Position numbers and translations under genes: made by a program. Below the pieces are notes generated by a model that was given only the letters and a program-made list of their open reading frames with translations, ran no database searches and had not been told where the DNA came from. 64,000 bases of DNA. Source: Chrysomallon squamiferum (Eukaryota; Animalia; Mollusca). Shown here piece after piece: positions 12,149 to 25,600 of the stretch (the stretch's first letter is position 1; each line of letters begins with the position of its first letter). Location: contig CM022678.1 in assembly GCA_012295275.1 (NCBI GenBank), positions 5,828,001 through 5,892,000 on the forward strand. The letters are read 5' to 3'.

Positions 12149-15100
12149 GTAGGGTATTCTGGTTTTATTTCACAGTGCTGCCTCTTTTTTTAAATTTATT
12201 TACTTACTTTTCTTTCGGATCGGTTCCATTTTTCTTCACCGCATGTAACGAAATACGTTCGGAATCAGAAATACTCAGTCTGTGTGAACAATTGGTGCTT
12301 CAGTTAATATGCATGTTATTTTTTAATTTTAATTTTTTTTTATTTTTTTTTAATTTAATTTTTTTTCAAGATAATATTTTTCATATGTTTACAAACAATC
12401 ACTGCTTAACAATAATTGCTTTTTTTTAATTTTTTTTTTTTTTCTCTGTATTTTGGTTTTTTAAATTTTCTATAATTTTAAATTCTTTTTTTATTATTTG
12501 TTTTTGAACTTTATGATTCAGATTTTAAGTAATTAACAAGCTTCTATTTTATTAATAATTTAAAAAGTATATGTATATGATACTAAATATACTAAATCTA
12601 TATAAAAAAAGACAAAGGTATTAGGAAATTATTAATATTTTTATTATTATTATTATTATTTATATTTCATTAATTAATAATATCCAAAGATTAGACCACA
12701 TTTCAATCATTGTTTCTTTATTTATATATTTTTAATTTTTTTTTTTTTATATATGATGAAGAATATCACATTTAATATATTTTTATCTCCCCTTTTTTCT
12801 CCCCTTCTATGAAAAATGTATTTATTTATTTAATTATTTATTATAATTAATTATATATATATATATATATAAAAAACTTTGGGAATCAAGGATATTTTAA
12901 AATTATGAGGACAAGGCTTATATTTGATTTATTTGATTTATTTATTTTAATTTTAATTTCTGGTTCTTTTAAATTATAGAAGAAAAATAAAATATATCCC
13001 ATTTAATTACACTCACAACTATAATCACTATATAATTAGAGAAATGTTGCAATATAATTACCATTATATAATTATTAATTAAAATTAATTATGTATCAAT
13101 TTTTTTTTTTAAAGCTATCACATTCACAAAAAAAAAATTACTTTTTAAAAGTGTACTTACGTCAAATCATTCTTGGAAATGTTTAATTTACACAATTTCA
13201 GTTTATACCCTTAAACACACACAGACAAACAGACATATATACACAAGTCTGCAGAGAGACATATATGACATATCTAAGGATAGGTGTGGAATCTTGTCAA
13301 GATTTGGTATGGGTGTGTTCATCAAACTCCCCCCCCCTTCCATATAAAATATTATGGATTGGGACTTAAATGGGCTTATGAAATAAAAGCATATTTTCAG
13401 TGTAAATGTCAGTTGACTTAAGTGCACTTATTTATATTAGAAAGTTCACTAACTTATCACATTTATGTCTGTAGTTTAAAAAAATTATAATAATTATTAA
13501 GAAAAATTTCAGACACTGGATGTAGTTTAATTTCAAAATGTTAATTTTTTTCAAATATTCTCACTAGATATTAATTGTAGATTTTATGCAGACTATAACT
13601 GAATTAATGTATATATTAATTAATATAATATAATATAATAATAATAATAGTTTCCATATATTAAGAGTTATATAGAGAAATATTAAAATTATATTATAAT
13701 AAAATTAAATACATATTGTTAATTAAGTTTTTAGGTTTTTCTTACAGTTACAAAATAGATTCTAGATTGATTTATATATATGGTTTTATTTATATTTCAT
13801 AATTGATTAATTATTTATTTTTGTTCCATTAATATCCACTTATAAAATTTATTATTTTGCTTTTTTTAAATTTGGAAATGGAGTTATTTAATTTGGATTT
13901 GGTTTGAACTTTCTGATTAATTTTTCTAACATTTATTAATAGTTAATAACAAAACTAATAATAATAATAATAATAATAATAATTTAATAATATATAAATA
14001 TTTTTTATAAATTTAAAAAATTAGGTATTTATTTCTTTTATAAAATAAAATTTTATTGTAATGAAACCAAATATATTTGGCTATATAAATTATATTATAA
14101 CAAGAATTGTATTTATTGAAAAATACATTATTAGTTTGTTTTAAGTTCATTTTTATTTTTTTTATCTTTATTTTTGATTAGTTTTTGTTTTTTTCAAAAT
14201 ATATTTTTATTTTTCAATTAAATTTATTTATTTTCCTCCCTTAAAAATTTTATTTATTTTTTTTTTCCTTTTAAAATTTTTATGATTATTATTTTAATTT
14301 AATTTTTAATTTTTAGTAAAATAAAATTCTTTAAATACAGACAGAAACAATAAAAAAAAACAATAAAATACAAAAGAATATAAATAATTTTCTAAAAAAA
14401 TGATTTTATTTAACAAATTCAAAAAGGTTCTTTTGTTCATTTGAAAATGAATAAATTTGAATTAAGGATCTAAATCTCTGGTTTCAATAAAGGTTCTTTT
14501 GTTCATTTGAAAATGAATAAATTTACATAAAATAGACCCAAATGAATATTTATTAAGATTAAAAATATAAAGTATATATATATATTTTTTTTTTAATTAG
14601 TTTTATTATTGATTAATTTTATTTATTTATTTATTTTTATTATATTTAAAAAATTAAAATGTTTTTCTTTATTATTAATATTCTTATTTTGATGGTTTGG
14701 TGTAAAAAGTCCTGTAATAACATCACAATGGAGAAATGCTACAGGAATTTTAAATGAAATAAATCCTTTTTATACCTTTGTTAAACATAAAAGAACATTA
14801 AAATATAATAATAATAAATAAATTAAAAAAAGAAAAAGAAAATTGACTATCTTAATAAGATATTAATTGATATTAATCAGAGGTTCATAAGTAATAATAA
14901 TCATATATTTTTTATTAAGTCAAATTTTAATCAGATCTTAAGAAAAAAGATCCATTATCAGATATTTATAGATTATATCTTAACTAGATCTTTAAAAAAA
15001 TAAATACATATACATAAAATAAATAAAAATTAGAAATAATAATAATAATAATAATCTGATATTATCTACCAATGAATGATAGAGGATATATATTTACAAA

Positions 15101-15904
15101 GTAAATAAACAAATTTTAAAATCTTCAATCCAATAAATGATGTATGTATTTTTGAACTCTTTTCTGTGAGTAAATGATATACAGAATATTTAAAAAAATA
15201 ATTATTATTATTTTCAGTGAATAGGATATTTTAAGAAACTTTTCTACCAATAGACTAACACAGGATATTTTTAATTCTTTTCTAAGAATAAATAGGATTT
15301 TTTAAAAATATATTTTACTAGTAAATTATACAGGATATATATATATATATATACACACACATTTTTTTTTTGAATCTTGGCTACCAATAAATAAGTACTT
15401 TACAATTTTTCTACCATTAAATAATACAGGATAAATTTTAATTTGTTTTCATTTGTTTTATTATTTATTTATTTGATTTTTTTTTTATCAAACTTGGTCT
15501 TAACAAGTTTTATATTAAAATTCTTTTCTGCTACTAAACAGGATATTTTAAAATCTTGTCTACCAGTCAACAGAATATTTAAAAAAATCTTTTCTACCAT
15601 TAAAAAAAAAATACCTTTAAAATCATTTCTACAGTTTTAATAGATCTTTTTTTTTTTTTCTTCTTCTTCCATTAAAATGATTACAGGATATATATATATA
15701 TATATATATATTATTTTAAGTTTTCAATTGTGATTTTTTTTTTTTTTTTTTTTTTTGATCTCAAACTTGGTCTTAATGGTTATATTTGTGCTATGATTCA
15801 GGCCACAGTGGGGAGGAATCACTTCCAATGTTGATGTTAAACCACACAGAACAAGGATAAAGAGGAAACAACCGCAATGAATCGGTACAGCGGTACTTCT
15901 GTAG

Positions 15905-15973
15905 ACAAGTCCCCACTGATCGAGATAAACTCTAACCCAGAGACACCCTTCAAAATATCTGAAATGAAACCTG
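15905..15973 (+). CDS. Shaw: Kv3 C-terminal exon (DKSPLIEINSNPETPFKISEMKP); 5' boundary ambiguous (acceptors giving starts at 15802, 15850 or 15905)
   Basis: GC-richer island in an AT-rich intron. cttctgtAG acceptor at 15903-15904 gives 69 nt, phase 1-1. Donor CTG|GTAAAT at 15974. The frame is open back to 15841. Confidence 0.6.
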
Positions 15974-16129
15974 GTAAATATTCATCCTTGTAACGTCGTT
16001 CCAAGTTCTTCCTTTTAGTATCTGTTTGGTGATGAGGGAATTTTCTTTTTTTTTTTTTTGTTTTTTTTATAACGTTTTTTTTTTTTTTTCTAAATTAGAG
16101 ATTTCTGCATCTTGTCCATAGTAACTGTT

Positions 16130-16600
16130 AGGTGTCTTAAGTTTGTCCTTAGTAACCGTTTTTGAGACGAGACTGTTTCTATAATGTCCTTGTTTTAGAA
16201 ATGGGTGTGTTTCTAAATGTCCTTGTTCTAGAAATGGGTATGTTTCTAAATATGTCCTCAGTAAGTTCATGAGGGGAAATTTATCTAAATTAGCCTGTTC
16301 TAAAAATATCCTTAGTTTTGGAGTCTGCATATGTCCTTAGTGTCTTTTTGAAACGTGAATATTTCTAAATGTGTCCTTAGTAACTCCTGAAGGGGTGTAT
16401 TTGTCTTCTAAATTAGACCATTCTCGATATGTACTTAGTAAGTGTCTAGATAAAGCCCTTAGTAAGTGTTTGGTTAGGGGAAATATTTGTGTTTTCTAAA
16501 TTAGAGCATTTTAGACGTGTCCTTAGTAATTGTTTTGAAATTGGGGATATGTCTAAATGTGTCCTCGGTAAGTGGTGGAGAAGAGGAATATCTGTGTCAC
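16130..16600. repeat. Degenerate minisatellite with core CTAAATRTGTCCTTAGTAA
   Basis: About 10 variants of tgtccttagt / ctaaatgtcctt at 30-60-bp spacing. Confidence 0.7.
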
Positions 16601-17073
16601 TTATTTGTTCTTTAAATGTGAATCTTTGTTTCACTTTTTAAAATTTTAATTTTAAATTATTTTGTTCAATGTACATACTTGCTGTCTAGATTTGGGGATA
16701 TTTGTGTCATATTTTTGTTCATTTTTTTTGTAACTTTTTGAAGATGGCAGGCAGTGTAATTCTTCAGTAATATTCTTGGATCTTGCAAAGTTATCTTTCA
16801 GTTTCATTTTCTGAAAATGTATAAGCTCTTCCTGTAGTATTTATTAATTATAATTTTATTATATAATTATAGTTTATTATCACAGTTATAAAATGCATAT
16901 GACTAATTAAATAATAAAGTCAGATTTATCACAAACACAAAAACAGATATTCAAATTTTTATTAGGTTTTTTTTTTGGGGGGATTCTTTGTGTATGGGTG
17001 TGTCTTTGGGGGAGTTGTGAGGGGGTGTTATTTAGTTTATTATTATTATTATATATTTTTTTTTTTTTTTTTA

Positions 17074-17132
<59 letters not shown>

Positions 17133-17306
17133 CTACAGACAAAGTTTTGGATGATTCAGGTATTTCAAGTGTTTATTCAAGTGGATAAATTTGTACAGAA
17201 TTTTCAAATAACCTACTGTTTGTCCATTGTATTAGTTTAATTCTTGATTTCAATAATTTCACATGGGCCACAAGGAAAGTGAATGAATTTAGATTTTAAT
17301 GTATAT

Positions 17307-17353
<47 letters not shown>

Positions 17354-18501
17354 ATTTCATTAAAAAAAAATACTTTTTATCTTTTTTTTTCTTCATATTA
17401 TTATTTTATTTGTCACTGTTATTTTTGTTGTTGTTTTGAAACTTTTTTTTTCTTGTTAACTTAAATACTTATTCTGCATCATGTATTACAGTGTTTTATC
17501 AAGGAACCTAATGAAAATGGCTTCTGTGTTTTTATCTAAGCTTATTTAACTTTGTTGCTGGCTTGTGCAATTTCTATTAACTGCATGGTTGATATTAGAA
17601 TCTGCACCAAAGCTAACTTCGATTATGAACCTGCAACCATTTCAGACTTTGAATTTGATTTTATGTTTTTTTATACATTAATCTGAATTTACTACCATTT
17701 CAGATACTGGAATGAATATCATTTACATGATGAATTTACATGTTTTTCAGACTATGTTGTTACTACCATTTAAAATCACATAACTGTTAACAACCATCTC
17801 AGATAATGAATTTGTAACAATATCAGAGTTTTTGTCATCCTATCATGCCATGTCTTTCTAATCATTTTAAGAATAGCAATCAAGACTGAATTCATTATTA
17901 TTTCATATTATAAATTTGCAGCCATTTCAGACAAAGAATTCGCTGAAAATTCTGACTATGAATTTATACTACAAATGCTTTTCTTTGCAAAATATTTTGT
18001 TTTATTCTGTTTCAGTTCATTTATTTTTTGTGTGTTATTTTTTAACAATATTGAATATATTTAAATATTTTTTCAAGCTCTTTCAGAATTCGCTCATGTT
18101 TAGTAGATACTGTCTTTCATTACATTTCAGACAATTCATTTTACAATATTTTCAAAGTGATTTAAATTTAACTAGTTTCTGTGTGTGTACATTTGTGTGT
18201 GAGAGAGAGAGAGAAAGAGTCCCTGAATTCATTATAGATCCTAATTATATATGTTCTTTACCAGCTTTGTATGTTATCTGCATATGTCATATAATAGCTT
18301 ATTTAGTAATAAATCAATCATCCATTAGTTAAATTAAATGTATTATTAAAAAAAAAAATAATTATAATAATAATAGTAATAAAAATTATAACGATTTTGA
18401 TTACAGAAAATGTAATTTTCTTTTTTAAGCTGTTGAAAAATTATATAGATGAAGGTGTGTGTCCATGTATGTGTGTGTATTTTGTCTTAAATATATATAT
18501 A

Positions 18502-18534
<33 letters not shown>

Positions 18535-18737
18535 TGATTTTGTTTTACATATTTCATAACCATGAAAAAAGAAAACAAATCTGTACATCAAACTGTCAGC
18601 TTTACCAGTGCACTAACTCACTGGTATCATCTTCTTTGTGTCTGTGTATTTGTGTGTGTGCGTGTGTATGTATATCTGCATATATCTGTTCTCTATTTAA
18701 TCCAATGGAGTATTCTCCATTTTTGTTTTCCTTCCAG

Positions 18738-18881
18738 ATACACAGAGCGCCACAACGGCACTGTCCAGTCTGTTGGTCACTCCAAATGCCCAGCTGGCTA
18801 TGAACTCCACACCTAGCTCTGCAACAACTATAGGAGCTTCATCACCACACCAATTCATAGAAGACAGAAATTCGGAAAAAG
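18738..18881 (+). CDS. Shaw: Kv3 C-terminal exon (DTQSATTALSSLLVTPNAQLAMNSTPSSATTIGASSPHQFIEDRNSEK)
   Basis: ttttgttttccttccAG acceptor, 144 nt, phase 1-1, fully open, donor AAG|GTACCT at 18882; Ser/Thr-rich tail. Confidence 0.8.
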
Positions 18882-21123
18882 GTACCTTTTAACATGTTAG
18901 GTGGTCGGACAGGCAAACAACGGACGGTTGCAGGTCAGTTTGAATAGTTGTCTCTTCATCCTCTCTCCAAAGTGTTGTCATCTAGATGGCTCCTCCAGTT
19001 GCTCCTTGGTCGTTACTATGGCGACATAGATGACTCTGCTCCTCTCAGCTTTGTGAATGGTTGTTTCTTGTATAGCCATTGTCAATTTAGGGAACACGAA
19101 ATAAATTTTTTTACGAGTTTTATTCTCGATCTTTCATTTTGAAATGACGAAAAGTAAAATGGCCGCTTTTTTTGTATTTTGTAAAATTTCCGTTCTTCAT
19201 TTTTTTTTTTTTTTTTTTTTTTGTATATTTTCCTTTCTTCAACAAAAACTGGTGATGGTTAATTTTTTCCTTTTTTTTCTCAAAGATCTAGTGACAGTAG
19301 TTGTGGTGTAGTCCTTTGAATTTTCTCTCTTTTAGGATAGTTATCTTTTTTCTTTATGCTGATTCATCTTCAGTGCATGTAGTATCTATCTTCTACTTTT
19401 ATTCTCATCACAAAAAAGCTTCAGCAACTTCTTTTTGAAAGGAAATTATTTATTGCATTCTTCCTGTATTTAACCTCAGTGGGTCCTGAAAGTTAATGTT
19501 TTGAAAGTGTATACCTATCTTGTTGTGTAAATGTTTTACATAGTCTTCAAAGTGATTGTTTGACCTATTTCTGGAAGCATACAATTTCAACAGTCAGTTT
19601 AAATACATTTATCTTTCGATATGATTGTTTTGTTTCATATTAATGTGTATTTATGGTGGTAAAAAGAAAAAGTCTGAAAGCTTCTGGTATAAATAATTGT
19701 TTTATGTCTTTGTTGTTAAATTTCTGTCTATTTCAGTGTAAGAAAACATTGGCTAAGTAAATGTTGTATACTTCCAAACCATTGTTTTAATTGTTTTTTC
19801 CTGTAACAAGATCATGAGGATTAATGGTTGCTGACATTTGGCCAGTTTAATTGTAACAAAGATGACAAAATATTTAAGTTTTATCCTTTAAGCAACAGGA
19901 AATCATTTAGGTTTGACATCATTTGAACTCATTCAGCTGTGAAATGCACATTTCTAGATCTCTATATTCAGCACCGTTACTTGAATATTTCTAAGGCAGG
20001 AATGGGGTAAAACAATAAGAACTTGGCTCCCATTAAAACTAAAGTGTTCCCTAAATTCCTGTTTGACTAACATTTGATGAGTGCATCACCAATAGCAACG
20101 TAAGATATTGTCTTTCCTTGTTGCCATGGTACTTATAGTTCTCTGTTGTCAGTTTGTAATCCTGTTGCCAAGGTAACCTTGGACATACAGATGTTCACGT
20201 TGTGTCTGTAAGTAAATGCAAAATAACAAAAAATTAAGCTTTGCTTATAATTATAGACGTAGATTTTGTGTTCTTCAATTTTTGTGCACTTTTGGTTTTT
20301 AGTTACACCGCTGGGTTTTTTGTAAGCTTTATTAATCATTAATTATATCAACATTTTTCATTTAAGCATCATAGTTTCATTATTCATTTTTGATCTAATA
20401 CAATTTATTTATTAATAATTGTTGAAAATAGAAGATGATTTTAATATAAAAAAATTTACCATCAAGGGCTTAGAACCAGAGGTATTGTTAAATGTGTCTA
20501 ATTCTGAAGAAGTTTATAAAAATCTAAATTAATTTGTCTACACTTTACAATTAAATCACTCTGGTTCAAGCCTTTTAATATACTGATAACATTTGAGTTA
20601 CCTCCTTGCTTCCACAAGCTTTATGTTAAATTATTTTCATTAAGTTCAAGACTCCCAAGTAATGTATGTATATGATTAATACTTTTATTTACCTTACAAG
20701 CTTAAGGTTTTATTTATTACATTTACTTTTATAATTATTTAGCTTTGAGCACAGTTATAATTAAATACAGCTTATTTTTTAATCTTATTTAAAGAAAATT
20801 AAGCACCAAATATTAATTTTATTGTTTATTTTTTAATTTGTTAATTTTTTTATCTGTTTTGTTTTCGGAAAAACAAAAATTGCAGTTTTGATTTAATTTA
20901 TGATAACATTTTTAAAGCACCAACAATCTTTTTTTTTTTTTTAAATAAAGACTGCTTAATATTCTAAGTTCTGCCTTTATATAAATTGCTATATGAAGTA
21001 TATCATTTTAATAACTTATTATTATTATATTAATTTTCAGTTATTTATATCTATATATTGTTTTATTTTTATTATTAGATGTAATTAATGTTCTTATCAT
21101 CACTGAATTTATTTTTATTTTTA

Positions 21124-21177
<54 letters not shown>

Positions 21178-21233
21178 GCTATTAAATAATCATTAACATT
21201 ATTATTAGCAAACTTTTGTTTTTCTTCCAACAG

Positions 21234-21400
21234 GGCTACCAAAGTATCCAGCAGATGGCGCCGTTCTAGAACCAATAGTGACCTCTAGTGGCAGTGTGTC
21301 AAACAGTGCAGAACAACGACCACACGGATCAACTTCTTCTATTACTGCATCGTCAACCAGCCAAGCCACAACAAACAACTTAGTGACAGTAAATACATGA
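21234..21400 (+). CDS. Shaw: Kv3 terminal coding exon (GLPKYPADGAVLEPIVTSSGSVSNSAEQRPHGSTSSITASSTSQATTNNLVTVNT*)
   Basis: ttttgtttttcttccaacAG acceptor, phase 1, open to TGA at 21398-21400, followed by several kb of UTR-like sequence. Confidence 0.8.
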
Positions 21401-22234
21401 TTTTATGTGACATAGTGACATTCTGCTGTGATTGGCTGACTGGGGTAGTCATGGTTACCAACGTATGGCTGTGACATATGCCATAGTATGGTCCTGGCTA
21501 TCAGGTGAATACATCATAAGTGGTTGTGACTACTACTACTACTACTACTACTACTATCAAAAGTGGCCATGTACATCCTATATATGGCTGTGACGTTAAA
21601 AAAAAAAAAAAAAAAAAAAAAATGGCATCCCTGTTGGCCAGAATTTTTATTATTATTATTATTATTTCTTTTTTTTTAAATTATAAAAAAAAACATTTTA
21701 AAATAATGATGACGATAAACAGGTGTGTTATACACCAAGGCCTAAGTGAAAATTTAAAAAAATATTACCTAGCTATCATGTGAATTAACTGTGCCCAAGG
21801 AAATAACTGTTAAATATGGAAAGTTGTGTGGAGTGGTTTTTAATTTCCATTTTATTTTTTTATTTTTTATTATCATTATTTCTCCTAACCACAAAGGAAA
21901 GATTCAAATATAGACAGAATCTTGATCATCATTTTGTTGGAACAAGAAGGATTCAAACATATAAACTGAAATCTTGATCTCATCTCATCATCCAGGATTT
22001 CAGGATTTCTCATTTGGCTGATGATCAGAAATGCCTTGCTGCACATTTTCTGATAATGTGTCCACTCTAATCAGAATTCTTGACCTTTCTATCTTTCTGC
22101 TACAGACAAGTCTTGATACCTTGTGTTTTTAGCTGGAAAAATCAGGACTTCTTGGTGACCAGAAATCCTTTGAAGCCTTGTACATCAGATCATGCAAAAG
22201 ATAGTTGACAGTGTCTTTAAAACATATATCTCAT

Positions 22235-22625
22235 GAAGGATGTCAAGGATGAACTGATACAAGATATATTCATGATAAACTGGTAAAGGATAAGATCCAG
22301 AAGTAAAGGATACTATCAGGATAAACTGGTAAAGGATACTATCAGGATAAACTGGTAAAGGATAATATCCAAACAGATGTAGGATACATTCAGGATAAAT
22401 TGTAAAGAATACTATCAGGATATAATCAAAAGGATATATCATCAGAATACATTAGTTTAGGATTCCTTCAGAATAAGCCAGTTTAGGATAACAAGATAAA
22501 TTAATACTTCAGGATGATCTAATTTAGGATATATTACTTCAGAACAAACTGGTGAAAGACATATCGCTTGAGAATTTCACTGATATACTGGATATCTTCA
22601 GGACATCTCCCTTACTGGATATAAA
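22235..22625. repeat. Degenerate ~22-bp minisatellite (CAGGATAAACTGGTAAAGGATA) in the probable Kv3 3' UTR
   Basis: Repeated tactatcaggataaactggtaaaggata units that degrade outward. Confidence 0.8.
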
Positions 22626-25600
22626 ATGATGTAATGACATTTTACCTCATGGAAAAAAAGGAATGTCCTTGTCAACATGTATCTTCCAGTACAAGTTCTA
22701 CAATTCAGAAGTATTTGGCAGCAAATTTACAAGTTAAGAAAAGCCCAAAAGAAATATACCATTGAATTTAAATGAGTATAAGCTCTTTTCTGATTAACAC
22801 AATATTCCTGTATGGCAGTATTCTGATTATCTATAAATTTGCTGTAGTAGTATTCTGATTATGTGGATATTCCCATTTGGTAATATTCTGATTATCTGGA
22901 TATCCCTGGCACAATTCTCTCTAACACAATTCTATTTACTTAAATACTACCTTATCTGCATATTTCCACATGGTAATAAGCATGATGGTCTAAAATTTCC
23001 AAATATAACAAATACTGTCTGGATCAGAACAAAAATTCCTGTAACAGCTTTCCAAATGTCAAATCAGACACCAGAAACAGAAGTCTCTGCAGTCAAAGGA
23101 TGGAAATAATTTCCTTTGCATTGTAACGGTCACAAGGGCCTTAGCACATACATTTTATTTTATTATTATGATTATTATTATTATTTAAATTGTTTAAAAA
23201 ATAATAGTAATAATAATAATAATAATAATAAAATAAGATTTTGCTGCAAATGTCTTGATCAGTCACATTTTTGCCTGTAGCATTCTGAAACTGTCAAGCC
23301 TTGTTGATGATAGTATTCAAGGTGCAGACGATAGTGACTGTATTCATCACACTTGGAATACAGATGGTATTTGTGATTCTAACAATTACTGACGGTATTC
23401 ATAATGCTGATGATACTCTTGTACTGACAGTACTGATGATATTAGTTGTACTCAAAATATTGATGGTATTGATAAAACTGATGGTACTCAGGATTTGATG
23501 CTGTTGATACTAAAGGTACAGATGATACTGATGGTCCAAATTGCCTTGGCGCAGCAGAACCATTTCTAAAATGGAAAGTTGGAGAACTCAGTAGACTCCG
23601 CCTCTTTCCATGACTATTCCTCAATGATCTTATTTTAATGTCAGCACAAGATAGAAAAATTCTCGCACCATGTTGAAATTGTTTTCTTTTTTTCCTTTCT
23701 TTTTACATAGGCTTGACTTATTCACCAGTGTGAGAAAATTTCTCTAATGAAGCTGAAAGGGTCTAGCCAAAACAATAAAAGATCTTACATTCACCTGTTA
23801 AAGTATAAGTGCATTTTGTAATCACAGCTCTCAGGTGTGTTGGGGTGTTTAAAATTATAAATTCTAAGGGTTTATAATACATGAATAATGATTTAAAAAT
23901 TAACCTGATATTCTGATGATTTAGAAACAATGTCTGAATATGGAAAAGAATAGTGTATTAACATAAATTACCGTCTTTATGGTTCATATGATCATGTTCT
24001 TTTTAGATATTTTTCTAAACTAATTAATATGTAATTTTATGTCAGATTTTATAAATCTTTACTTGTTGCTAAATTATTCTAACTGATGCTTTAAAGATGA
24101 TTTGTTACATCTAGAGTTTACAATAACCCCATTTCATTACAGGCTAGTTTTTAAAATTATTTGGATGAATATACTTTGTAATCATGGAATACACGTACCG
24201 TTTAATTAACACTTAGAACAACAACAAAAAAGTGGCTAAGAAATAATGTTAAAGTACTGAAATAAGAACAGAAATTTATTACAGGCATATATTTTATAAA
24301 AATATAAACAGGCATATATTTTATAAAAATGAAAATTATGTTTGGAAAACAAAACCTGAATAATGAAAATGATTTAAAAGACTTTCTTTTTGTTTATTTG
24401 TTATTTCTTTTTTTTTTAGTCAAATTTTGTAAAGTTGCCACATTTATTTTCATGGGTTAGGAAATAAAATAAGTTAGACAAAGTCAACAGAATAAAAAAA
24501 ATAAAAAATACTTTATCATTGTTGGCTTTTAAGTAAAAATCTAGTTTTATATTTTTTGGAAACCAACAATTTATACCATCAAGTTTTGCATTTTGTTAAA
24601 ATCTTATTTCCATTCTAAGGCGGCTGGAATTTCTCAAGTATGTTATTTAAAATTATCTTAAAACAAAAATAAAATTTAGATATTTCTAACAGTCATTATG
24701 ATGTAAAATATATTCCTTTTAGATGACATACCAGGGTATTTATTTAACTGAAAGTCAGGACTAAAAAAATTAAGCAAAAAAGGTGGGCATATTTTTGTGA
24801 TATAAAATACACTTATATTTTGATGGCATTCTTACCAGCTGGTTTTAGAACCCTTTCAGCTTTAACAATATTTATGAACATTGACAAATTATATATAAAA
24901 CCATTTATGAAAGATGATATATCTGCATATAAAGAATGTGTTAATGTTTGTGTGCGAGTTGAAGATGAAAGCAGTGTGGATGCATAGGGTGTGCATACAT
25001 TTCTTGATGACATTTCCAAATCTCATGTTGGAATATTTTGAGATTATTTGTCTGTTTGGTATTTTTACTCGGCTTTTGAAACCAACAAAATTTACGTGGC
25101 ATCTTGAAATGTAAAAGAAAATTATGTTATCCTGTGGCAAAAAAACGAAAATGTGTTTTTTGCAGATTTTAACAATATTATTGTAGATTTATCCATCTAG
25201 TGATGTAAGTAAGTATATGGAAAATGATTTTTAACTATTATTATTTTAAACGTTTCAACAAGAATAATGTTATTTTATTAATTCTGTGTGATATCACTGT
25301 GTAATGAATTTTATTAGTTAACTTATTTTTTATTTCTTACGAGCAACAAAGATTACAATCAAGGAAAGGACCAAAAATTGAAAAGACATTAACAAAACTT
25401 TATTTTATACAGTCTTCAGTCAGAGATCTTAACATGATATTATTTCCATTCTAAGGCGGCTGGAATTTCTCAAGTATATGTTTGTAATTGTTTTTTCTTC
25501 TTCTTCTTTGTTTTTATTTATTTTTTTTTTTAATATCCACAAAAAACAGCCTCAGCTGCAAATCTTGTACAAGTAACCCAGGATGAAGATTCTTATTGCA

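Noticed and set aside
23300-23540. Asp/Thr/Gly-like 9-bp periodic sequence (gatggtact) as a coding repeat
   Set aside because: Stops and frameshifts in the suggestive frame; lies after the Kv3 stop; best read as a decayed 9-mer minisatellite.
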